A stretch of 64,000 bases of DNA from Camelus ferus (Eukaryota). This document shows positions 1 through 11,236 of the stretch, in pieces. The first letter of the stretch is position 1, and each line of letters opens with the position of its first letter. Below the pieces are notes generated by a model. The model did not search any database. It was not told where the DNA came from and saw only the letters and a list, made by a program, of their open reading frames with translations. Where the stretch lies: the NCBI RefSeq assembly GCF_009834535.1, contig NC_045697.1, positions 9,984,001 through 10,048,000 of the forward strand, given 5' to 3'. The position numbers and the translations under genes are program-made.

Positions 1-393
1 CATTTTACTGTTGTTATAATAAAAATGAGAAATTTAAAGATCTAAAAGGAAAAAAGAGAAAGCAGTTGACTCTGCAAACAAGGACTCCGAGATGCAGACC
101 CACGGCAGTTTTCCTGGGAATGTGATGTAGGAAACGTAAGCCTTTATCATGGGATATTGTTCTCAATCAGAACTAAGCGTGAACAGAAATGGAATTAGCA
201 GTGTTATCTTCAAATACAAAAGACAGCAGAATTTTCCCCCTAATGGCTTCCAAAGTATTCTCTGATCAAAATAGACCTGGAAAAAAAATGAATAGAGCCC
301 ATCAATAAGAAATTTTTACCATTTGAAAGATTATTTGTAGCTTACCAGGAACCTAATGTCAGGAATGATTCATCAGTTAAGACTTCACAGTCA

Positions 394-1285
394 AGACATA
401 CAAATGGCCAATAGGCACATGAAAAAATGCTCAGGATCGCTAATTATCAGAGAAATGCAAGTCAAAACTACAATGAGGTATCACCTCACACCAGTCAGAA
501 TGGCCATCATTTAAAAAGTCCACAAACAATAAATCCTGGAGAGACTGGAGAAAAGGGAACCCTCTTACACTGCTGGTGGGAATGTTTGGTGCAGCCGTTA
601 TGGAAAACAGTATGGAGATTCCTCAAAAAGCCAAAAGTAGACTTACCCTATGATCCAGCAATCCCACTCCTGGGCATATTTTTCGAGGGAACTCTAATTC
701 AGAAAGATTCATGCACCCCAGTGTTCATAGCAACACTATAGACAATAGCCAAGACATGGAAACAGCCCAAATGTCCATCAACAGATGACTGGATAAAGAG
801 GTTGTGGTACATTTATACAATGGAATACTACTCAGCCATAACAAATAATAATAAAATAATGCCACTTGCAGCAACATGGCTGGATCTAGAGATCATCATT
901 CTAAGTGAAGTAAGCCAGAAAGAGAAAGACAAATACCATATGACATCACTCATATGTGGAATCTAAAAATAAAGACACAAATGAACTTATTTACAAAACA
1001 GAAACAGACCCACAGACATAGAAAATGAACTTATGGTTACTGGGTGGGGGAAGGGGTGGGAAGGAATAAATTGGGATTTGGGGATTTGCAGATACTAACT
1101 ACTATGTATAAAATAGATAGACAACAAGTTTCTTCTGTACAGCACAGGGAGCCATATTCAATATCTTGTAGTAACCTATAATGAAAAAGAATATGAAAGC
1201 AAATATATGTTTGTCTATATATGACTGAAACATTATGCTGTACACCAGAAATTGACACACTGTAAACTGACTATACTTCAATAAA
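394..1285 (+). mobile_element. 5'-truncated LINE-1 (ORF2 C-terminal remnant + 3' UTR)
   Basis: ORF 427-741 contains [32 protein letters not shown] (ORF2p C-terminus). 3' UTR ends ctatacttcAATAAA. TSD aagacttcaca at 379-389 and 1286-1296. Confidence 0.95.
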
Positions 1286-2122
1286 AAGACTTCACATCAC
1301 TTTTGAATCTTGGATGCTTTCTAAGTTTATATAGACATCAGTGTTTAACAAGCTTGTTTTTAAAGGCATTTATTAATCTACCAGGTGCTTGATATTCTAC
1401 TACTTTCTTCCACATGCCTTTTCTCACTCATGTGTTGATTAACCTTATCCAGCAGATTATCTTCTTTCGTTAGACGAGAAAACAGATTCTGGTGGTTAGA
1501 TAACTTGTTACCAACTTAGAAACAGAAGTGACCTAATTACCGGTCACCTGGATAAGAGGTAGAATGAGGAATGTGTGTATAAAGGAAACAGAATGTTCCC
1601 GCCAGAACAACCACAGTGATAAGCCATGAGTGTCTCATTTTGTGGAGAACGCGCCTTGGACAACCGGCTCAGTTTCCCAGCTAGTTGGATCTGACCCTTT
1701 CCTAAACGTTTTGGGAATAGCGTTCCCAAACAAAAACTTAGAGGGTCCCTGAAGTCCACATGTAGACACCCTAGGAAACATTCCTGGAGTTTGAGGGGCT
1801 GGGATATGTCCCAGCTTCCTAAGAGCTCTGATCCCTTACGATCCTCATAAACTCAAGAAGGGTTATTTGAGCGGAGACGGTCTGTTCTACTACGGGAAGA
1901 GTAAGATGCCTTGTCATTGTACTGACTTATCTAAAATAGTCCTCATTTCATATATTCTAACCATTTGTCCCTTAAAAACCATTCTATTAAGACTTTTGGA
2001 TTTGAAAGATATGGTCGCCACACTGATAGTGTAATCCCAAGACCCCAGTGATGATGGTGCATGCGCACTGGCATATTTTACCTTAGAAGTCAACAAATGT
2101 AGAGTTGCGGCTATATTTTATG

Positions 2123-2141
2123 CAACCACGAGGGGGCAGCA
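2123..2141 (+). promoter_or_regulatory. Candidate CTCF site in a CpG-enriched patch
   Basis: caaCCACGAGGGGGCAGCa closely matches the CTCF core CCASYAGRKGGCRS. Flanking sequence at about 2100-2720 is CpG-rich. Confidence 0.55.
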
Positions 2142-4709
2142 ATGCGCAAATAACGTCTCTCCCTGCGCTGCGCCTCCGCGGCTGGGCCTGGTTTGGGAGG
2201 AGAAGGTGGCTCTCGTTCCCCTGCGCTTCTCGGATTTAAAATTATGGTAATATTGTTTCAGTCTTGCTCTGGAAACTGTCAGAGCTAAATCATTTAGACC
2301 AAAATATACTGACTATCCACAAATGCATCCAAATCAGCCTTTTCAGGATTCAAGCTCTGCTCATCCATCTGAACTGTACTCATTGCCTGCTGCACGCCGG
2401 GCTCCATGCACCGTGGAAGCAGGAGGCGCACGGTCCACAGCCACCGCCTTCGCAGGGGGCTCCCCCAGCCACCCGCCTAAAATTACAAGCCTCCCTCTCC
2501 GTCGGCTTCTCCAAAGCTCTCACCGTCGTACTCTATATTATTTTTTGTTTGCCTACCAGGCTTCTTAACAGCTGGAGTTTTATTAGTTCTGTTCACTGGG
2601 TCCGCCCAGCTTCTAGGACAGGGCTTGGGAATTCGAGGCAATAAGGAAGGCTCAAAACTACTCGTGGAATGAACAAATGTAACGTTATTGACACTTCTGC
2701 CACGGAGGTGCGCACGTGCGCCTTCATGGAAACTAGGTATCGCCAAACTGCTCTCTTGAGTTTCCATTTTTCCCAGGATGGGAGTGATATCCCAAAGCAA
2801 TGTTATTGGATGTCCGCATTAACGGGAAATTGAGACGTCACCTGAAGTCTCCATTTATCAAAGACAGAGTTGAAATCAAAGTGGAGGAGAGATTTGCCCA
2901 AGATTGCCTCAGTCTTGGACCGCGGAATCAGCTCCAAGCTGGAAATCCTGACCTAAGCCTACCCTGCTGCTACCTGACTCTCATTTGCCTTAATTATCAC
3001 CTCCTGGAACAATGAACTGCATCCGTGAATCACCTGACCTGTATAATATTCACTTGGTGATTGACAGAGAGGACTTGGGCGTCTGCTTCCAGGACCCCCA
3101 AACCAGCACTCTTGGAAGCACCTCTGTTCTCGGCATGAGACCCAGTACTCACCCCCAAGCACCTGCCTCATACCCAGTCCTTCAAAAACACCCAGTCTTT
3201 TGTCCTTTCCAACAGTCCTATGAATGTGCTGTCATTATCCTCAACTCACTGCTGAGGAGATGTCCTAATGGTTACATCGCCCCTCCATGGCGCTTAGCAT
3301 GCACGTGGGGCTGTCTTGAGGGTTCCATATTTATTAGCTCATTTAATTCTCTTAACTGTTTATGAGGTAATGACAGTTGTTGTCCCCATCGTAGATATGG
3401 ACACCGAGGTCAAGGAAAGTTTAGAAGCTGGTCCAAGGCTGCGAAGTGGCAAAGCCGCCATGTGTCCTGTGACTGCACCCTGCTTCCCGGCAGACAGGAG
3501 GGGCTGGGAACTGGGTTGTGCACAGGAGGCACCATCTGCCTCCACTTTCGTGCATGGCTATTCCGCAGTGTTAGGTTGCAGGTTTGCACCAGAATCATTG
3601 TGTTAGAAAGTGCCAGGTCTGACACTGGGCAGGAAAGAGGAGATAGTGATCATGGAAAGGATACCCAGGCTGCAAACAGTATTTCCTCCTGAGGTCTATT
3701 CTCCTCTAACTTGCTGTCATCTGCCAAGATGCCCTGGTGCCACAGCTGCTCACAGAGAACTCTTTAAAAAGTCTGCATTAAGTGGCCAAGGGATGGGCTG
3801 GACTTTCTGTGACCGCCCTTCCATCTGGGCATCCAGATGCCGGCTCTGCCATGGGTGTGGGGGACTCCCTGGAGCTCGGCCATTCCAGTCTAAGCTGGGC
3901 AGTGAACCACGGTTACCTCATAGAGACTTGGAAGTGGTGTTTGTGGGAACGAAGCTGGTTCATTCTGTTATCCTGTCAAACGCCTCTGGGCTCGAAGCCC
4001 CTTTGCAGCTCACCAGGAGAACCTAGTCTAAAAAGACAGACAGGAAGTAGACCTTTTGCTGGCTGGAGGCGTTCTTGCTGATTGAACTTTTACATCTGGT
4101 ACAAAATAATGAGCAGAAAAGAACTGGCTTACCAACTCTGTATCTTTGGTTCGTCTCTGGATGTCTTGCTGGAGTTCTGACCTCTGGAACTGGAACATAC
4201 TGGTGACTCACAGAGCCTCTTTCTGGTGGCAGAAAACAACGTGATGAATAAAAGCTCCAGAGACCAATGGACCAGGGATGCTCTACCATGTGCCTGGTGA
4301 ACGGATACAGGCGAGGAACTTGGCTGGTCTGAGCATCAGTGTCCTCAGCTGTAAAATGGGAGCCATAATAAAGCCCATCTCATGGGATTGTTGTAAACAT
4401 GTGGCATTTAGTACATGCTCGAGAAATAGTATGAAAGGCAACAGAGGAGCAGACTTGGGTCCCTGCTCCATCTCCTGCTATTCAGGCAGCATCGGAAACA
4501 CCACATCCCCTCTTGCAGACTTAAATTCCTCCTCCGTGAAGCGATGAGATTGAAAGACCTAGGCTCTCTGGCCACGGTGCGGTGGCTCTCCCACCAGATG
4601 GCCACCCTGCCCTTCCATACCTACCCTGCTTATTTCTAGAGTTCTTAGCGGGACAACACAGAGATCATCGGGACCTCCGCTGCCACTCTCGGGAGGAGGA
4701 CAGAATTTT

Positions 4710-4925
4710 TGAACATCTGTTAAGTGTCAGACACTGAGCCAGCTACTGTTCCTTCGTTAGCCCACTTCACCCTCTCAGTACCCTTGATGTGGTTACTGCC
4801 ATCACTAGATTACAAAAAAGGAAATGGGCTGAGAGTTTCTGCGACCCTCCCAAAGTCACACTGACTGAGATCGGCAAGGTCTCTACCTCTACCCAAGTCC
4901 GCCTCTGTTCCAACCTCCACTGCCC
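4710..4925 (-). mobile_element. MIR SINE relic
   Basis: Degenerate antisense MIR core (ttacaaaaaaggaaatgggctgagag...ccaaagtcacactgactgag). Confidence 0.5.
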
Positions 4926-5864
4926 ACAGGTGATTCCCAAGATGCTGGAAAAGTGAAAATTCTCCTTCTATAAAGTTTAGGAACCTTTGATCTATGAAGA
5001 ACTGACAGCAACTGTCACTACTGATAACAGTCACTTTTTCAGTTCCACTGTGAATGCTCAAATGGGAAGAAAATAAAAAGGGTATTTCCCAGCCTTTTAA
5101 CTTAACTAGATTGGTCTCATAGAGTAACCCATCATTTAGGAAGAAACCCCATGGTAAACAGTCCCTAGTAGCTTTTGCATTCCCCCCAGATAGAGAGAGT
5201 TGGGGTTCCCTGGATCTCAGCTGATTATCCCAGCTGTAAGTAACACCGGCCAGTTCATCGCACACGGATGCACATAGCAGAAGAAAAGGCAGATATCAAA
5301 TGGAGCAAAAAAACCACAAAGGACAAAATGATGTTGTTCTTGACTTGGTTTTTCCCCTACTATATTTTTTGACACTATCTCTTAAAGAGATACCCAGAAC
5401 AGCTAGGAGATAACTTGATGTTCTCCTCATCTCACATGCCCTGGAAAGCAGCTGATGGGGTGAAGAAAAGCAAATTACTGAAGCACATGTGGTTGTTGGC
5501 TAATTAGGAGAAGTGTTTCCTATCTCGGGGTTTGGACGTGACATCGCTGGCGAGCTCTATGGGGCAGAAACCTATCTGTTCTTTCCTCATTGTTAAATTC
5601 CTCTCTCGAAATCCTTCTCCAAGGGAAAACTTTAATTTAGAAAGGTCATAAGTTGGAGCCTCTGCCAAAAACAGCATAATCTGGGAGAACAGACAATAAT
5701 TTTGCCACAGTAACCACTGGCCACCAGAGCATAGAGATAGCTCCTTTTTTCCCCTTAAGATGAGATTTTCTATTTGAGTCATTTTAGTTGTAACAGCACA
5801 TACCAGATGATTAGACCTCAAAGCCAATCTGTTTACTTCACTGGAAGAAGTTCCCCCAACCTTG

Positions 5865-5865
<1 letters not shown>

Positions 5866-5906
<41 letters not shown>
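5866..5906. repeat. (CA)n microsatellite
   Basis: About 20 perfect AC units. Confidence 0.98.
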
Positions 5907-5907
<1 letters not shown>

Positions 5908-6059
5908 TATTGGAAAGATGTTTAAGAGGAATGTGTCTAAACATGTACTTTTTGGTAGAATTGTTTCAGAATTGATCAAATTTTTCCCATGAGAAGCACC
6001 AGCCTAGAGATTCAAGGAGGCCGAGATGGAGCATCGAAGTTTGGGGCACATGAATGTGT

Positions 6060-6512
6060 TGTATTAGTCAGAGAGTCAATGCTGTAACAAACAGCCCCGC
6101 ATACTCCAAAGGTTGTTTCTTATTGATGTCACAGTCCAGGGAAAGTCGGCAAAGAGGAGCCTCTCTGTTTCATTCAAGGACCCAGAGTCTTTCATGCAGT
6201 GACTCTGCTATCATTTTAGGGGCTCAGACTCCATCTACTGGCTCCAACATCCCTCAGGGCCTCAGAATCTGTCACTGGATACCCTGCATCCAAACAGCAA
6301 AGAGAAGAAGAGAGAGAGAGCATTGAGGTTAGAGAGGGAGATTTAGGGACTTGGTAGGGACATACATTTTTGGTGCCCACAATCCATTGGCTGAAACTCA
6401 GTCACTTGGCCCTGCCTATCTGCAAAGGAGGCTGAGAAATGCAGTCAAGCTATGCACCCAAAAGGGAAAAAGGAAATAAGAGCTGATGACTGCCTAGCAG
6501 TCTTTATTACCA
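6060..6512 (-). mobile_element. MaLR solo LTR (MLT1K/L-like)
   Basis: Starts gtattagtcag...gctgtaacaaacagcccc and contains ccattggctgaaactcagtcacttggccc..tgcaaaggaggctgagaaatgcagtc, typical of old MLT1 LTRs. Confidence 0.65.
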
Positions 6513-6636
6513 AATGTATTGAGCAACTACTATACCAGTCAGGGTGTGTGACAGTTTCTCAGGACAGGTCAATTATGGCTTTCTGTTTTAAATGATCTAA
6601 ACAATTTAACTATTCAGAAAACCATTGCTCTTTCAT

Positions 6637-7160
6637 ACGAATGACTGGATAAAGAAGCTGTGATATATTTATACAATGGAATACTACTCAGCCATAAAAA
6701 ATAATAAAGTAATGCCATTTGCAGCAATGTGGATGGACCTGGAGATGTCACTCTAAGTGAAGAAAGCCAGAAAGAGAAAGAAAAATATCATATGGTATCA
6801 CTTATAAGTGGAATCTAAGAAGAAAAAAAAAAGACAAATGAACTTATTTACAAAACAGAAATAGACTCAAAGACATAGAAAACAAACTTATGGTTACCAG
6901 GGAGGGAAGAGGGTGGGAAGGGATAAATTGGGAGCTTGGGATTTGCAGATGTGCACTACTATATATAAAATAGATAAACAACAAGTTTCTACTCTATAGC
7001 ACAGGGAACTATATGCAATACCTTGTAGTAACCTATGATGAAAAAGAATATGAAGGTGAATATATGTATGTACATATGTATGTATGTGCATGACTGAACT
7101 ATGCTGCACACCAGAAACTGACACAACGTTGTAAACTGACTATACTTCAATTAAAAAAAA
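6637..7160 (+). mobile_element. 5'-truncated LINE-1 3' end
   Basis: atgactggataaagaag...atggaatactactcagccataaaa...ctatacttcaattaaaaaaaa, closely similar to 785-1285. No clear TSD. Confidence 0.93.
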
Positions 7161-8258
7161 GTTTAAAAAATTGCTTAGAAGAGGAAAGTAAATAAGAGTT
7201 GAAGAGATGTGAGGTAAGGACATGAAGGAGATGAGGCTGAAAGAGGGAGCTCCGTTTGGCACACAAGTTGGAGATTTGGTTGAGGTGGCATCTAAAAGGG
7301 CCAGCTGGGGGCTGCAGTTTCCTGAAGCTGGAGAGGAGGGTGGTGTGGGAATGCACACTCCACAGAGGGCAAGTAAGCAGGGCCAGTTCTGGAGACGCTG
7401 AAGTCCTTGATGGTTCCAAGGAGAAAACACAGAGCCAGGAACAGAAAATTTAGTCAAAGGGGGTTAAGAGCCAGGAAAATACAGAATGAAAATGAGATTG
7501 AAGGCAGTGTCCAGGAAGTTCTGCCACAAACATTTCCTCCCTCCATTCTCTGCAAGCTCATTGAGCACTTTGAGCATGCCAGTTTCCATGCTGGTGAACT
7601 CAGCCCTGGCCTGCAAGGAATATAAAATTCTCTTTGGGCGTACACTGGCCTGTGGTGCATGGGAGAGCTTGTCTGACCCTAAAGTCCAAGGTCCCGGGGA
7701 GAGCAGCGATAGCAGCTGCAGAGACGTCTGCCAACAGAAGACCTTCTTCTCATGTTGTTCCATCCTTCCTAAGAGTTCTGACACCCTCCCATCACCGGCC
7801 CACATCATGGAAATGCTGAATCAGGGGATTTTAGAGTTGAAAGAGGTCTTATAAATCACTTAATCTGCCCTTTTTGTTTTCCAGCAGAGGAAAGGCATTC
7901 TCTGATATGGCGGTTCCCATGGGACTGTGGATAGACCAGCCCCGAAGACTACTTTCACCCCAGGATCATGCGGTTGGCCCCACTCCCTTAATGTGTGATC
8001 TACGTGGCATGGAAGTGATTAATTACTACTCCACATCACAAGCAACTATTGAACTCCCACTTATAAGACCCACTCACTTTCCTTGACAATCAGCCTTCAC
8101 ATCTCATGTTTTTATCTTTAAACGTGCCAGTACGTATCACTGAATTTCACTGAAGTTTCCCTCTGTGGTCTTGGTTCTCCTCCCTGGAGCTCTACGGAAT
8201 ATGTATGATCTCTCCCCCATTTTAATATACATAATTCACTTTTATCAAACAATTACTG

Positions 8259-9430
8259 AGACGGAGAAGATGGCGGAGTAGAAGGACGCTCGCAGGTCAC
8301 CCTCTCCCACAAATACACCAAGACCCACATCTACAGACCCACTCAGCCAACCAGAGCACCTGTGGAACTCCGACAGAACATCGCCCTCTTCAAAAGATAA
8401 AGACGCCAAAAATCTGGTAGGAGAAAAGGAAAAAAGAAGGAACAAAAGGCAAAGCAGCGTGGGACGGGTCCCGCGGGGAGGGAGCGGCAAAGGAGGACTG
8501 GCGCTCGCTGGGTCTCCCCTCTCCAACTGAGAGGCCAGCGGGACGGAGGGGGAGCCTCCGAGGCTCGGATCTGTACAGAGCAGCCCTTGACTAACAGAAC
8601 TAAGTTAAACGGGCACAGAGCGTCCCCCCGACACCCAGCCTGAGACGCGGGCCGGCAGCCGCGGGCAGGGCCAGGCTGCACAAGCCGGGCGGAGGATGGA
8701 AGTGGCTGCACGGAGGCAGCCCCGGGGGAACGCAAGGGGCTGCGCGCCGTGGCTGTGGGTGCACAGGGCAGAACAACCTGGGCCCTCCATAAAACAGCAA
8801 GGTTGGTGTGCTCTCGGGGGAAGGGTGCACACCCCCATCTCTGAAAACCCGCGGAAAGTTTTCGGGGGAAGAGAGGCGGGGCTCAGGCACAGCCGCCATG
8901 TCCTCCGCGCTGAGCACCCAGGCGGGGGCGGGGGCGAAACCTGCATCCGCACCAAAGGGCTTAGCAGCCTCAAAGGCCAGACTGAGACTGGCCTGCAGCC
9001 CGGGGCAGACAGGATCCTTCCATCCTGGTCCCTCAGAGAACTTGCTCCACAAAGACAAACAAGGAGCTGGGTTTTGGCTCAGAGCAGGGACAGGGCTGTC
9101 CCTCGGTCTTCCCCGAGCCCACCCGCGGAGCGCCGACCAGGGCGGAGCGCACAGCCGCACAGAGCAGCGGAGCTACCGGCGGCGCAGGTAGAGGGAGAGC
9201 GGCCCCTCGCCTTTCGGGCAGGAACACAGCCCCTGACCGAGGTGCTGGGAGGGGGCACGACCCGCCCTCCTACCCGGCCAGTCTGCAACATCTGACTGCG
9301 GCATCCGGAGGGGCAGCGACCCGCCCGCCCACAGCAGAGGAGAGCTACACCTGACCCAGAGTTAGGAGGAGGCGCGATCTGCTTGCCGACAGGTGCTGGG
9401 AGCAGCACAAAAGAGGGTGCCAACGGAGGG
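8259..9430 (+). promoter_or_regulatory. L1 5' UTR internal promoter / CpG island
   Basis: High GC and CpG density. YY1 site at 8267-8276. GC boxes (GGGGCGGGGGCG) at about 8925-8936. Confidence 0.85.
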
Positions 9431-9927
9431 CCTCTGAAAACAGCAAGCTGAGCTTCCAAAACAGGACGAAGACAGAAAGACTTCACATTAAAAGCACACA
9501 GACTCCAGGAGAACACCGACAACCCCCCCCCCTTTTTTTTTAAATCTCTTTTTACCTGTTCTATTTTCTATTACTCTCTTAATCTTTACTTCTTAATTCA
9601 TTTCTATTTCTCTTGGGTTTTGATGTCCTGCTATTGATTAGACACAGGTTTCAAATACATGTATTCATCTCCCCCCCCTTTTTTGTAAAGGCTTTAAAAG
9701 GACGTCTCAACCCGATTAATACTCTGCTTCAACTCACTCTTCTATTATTCATTATACACTGTTTTCAAACCCTCTTTCTCCCTTCTTTTAAAATTCTTTC
9801 TCTCTCTCTCCTATTTTTTTTTTTCTGTTTTTCCTAAGTTATATTCCTAAATAGGCATCAGTTAGATAAAATCCTTAAGGACCAAAATAAACAACTGGTA
9901 CTCCATAAACCACAGTGCCAAAGAGGT

Positions 9928-10831
9928 ATGAGCAAGATGAAGAAGCAGAAAAACCTTTCCCAATTAAAAGAACAAGAGAAATCCCCTGAAAGAAAGATCA
10001 ACGAAATAGACATCGATAGCCTACTAGATCAAGATTTCAAAAAAGGAGTGATCGAATTGCTGAAGGAATTAAAAGAGATAGTGTTTAGAGATACAAAATA
10101 TGTCAAAAATGAAATTGAAGCTATAAAGAAGAGCCAAGTAGAATAGGTAAACTCATTGACAGAGATGAGGAATGATCTAATAGCTGTGCAAAGCCGACTA
10201 GATAATGCAGAGGAACGAATTAGTGATCTAGAAGACAGGGCAATAGAAAGCACCCATTCAGAAGAACTACAAGAGAAGCAAATAAAAAATAACGAAAATA
10301 GCATAAGGGACCTATGAGATAATATAAAGCGTCCCAATCTTCGCATAATAGGGGTCCCAGAAGGAGAAGAAAGATCAAAGGGGATTGAAAAGGTTTTTGA
10401 AGAAATCATGACTGAAAACTTCCCAAGCTTAAAGAAGGAATCAGATATCCAAGTACAGGAAGCTCAGAGGGTCCCAAACAGGAAGAACCCAAATAGACCC
10501 ACACCAAGACATGTCATAATCAAGATGGCCAGAGTCAAGGATAAAGAAATGATTCTAAAGGCAGCAAGAGAAAAGCAAAGAGTAAGTTACAAGGGAACCC
10601 CCATAAGGCTCTCAGCTGATTTCTCTACACAAACACTACAGGCCAGAAGGGAGTGGCAAGATATATTCAAAGCCCTGAATGAAAAAAAGATGCAGTCTAG
10701 GATCCTTTATCCAGCAAGGCTATCCTTGAGGATAGAAGGAGAAATAAAGAGTTTCACAGACAAAAAAAAAGCTGCAGGAGTTTAGCAACACTAAACCCAT
10801 GCTAAAAGAAATATTGAAAGGGCTATTCTAA
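9928..10831 (+). pseudogene. L1 ORF1p (about 300 aa), disrupted
   Basis: MSKMKKQKNLSQ...ENFPSL..QEAQRVP..RPTPRHVIIKM..ARREW..YPARLS. In-frame stops TAG 10144-10146 and TGA 10315-10317, and a +1 frameshift in the A9 run at 10762-10770. Natural stop TAA 10829-10831. Confidence 0.95.
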
Positions 10832-11236
10832 ATAGAAAAGCAGCAGGATGCTACAGAAATGAGAAACACACAACTGGAAAGGTGATAACTCATGAATTAC
10901 AAGTAAAGTAAACATGAAATTATAAAAGAAGACATACAAATCACTGAGAGTGGGAGAGGGAGGCAGGGAAATATAGAATATTTGTTTTCTTTCTTTTTTA
11001 AATTTTTTTAACAGTAGGATGGGTTTGAGATCATGTTACTACCAGTTTAATAAAAACAGTTATAGTAATGGGTTGATAGATTTACAAAAAAGGGTAACCA
11101 CAAGCCAAAAATTTACAAAGGAGTCACAAAAATTAAATAAAATCCATGATAATACAAAGGAAAATTACCAAACCACAAAAGGAAGAAGAAAGGAACAAAG
11201 AGGATATACCAATTCAACTGCAAAGATAAGTTCAAA

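Noticed and set aside
10832..11236. Long ORF1-ORF2 spacer (about 405 bp) with a 75-aa ORF
   Set aside because: Long spacers are known in non-primate L1s, and the small ORF has no recognisable motif.
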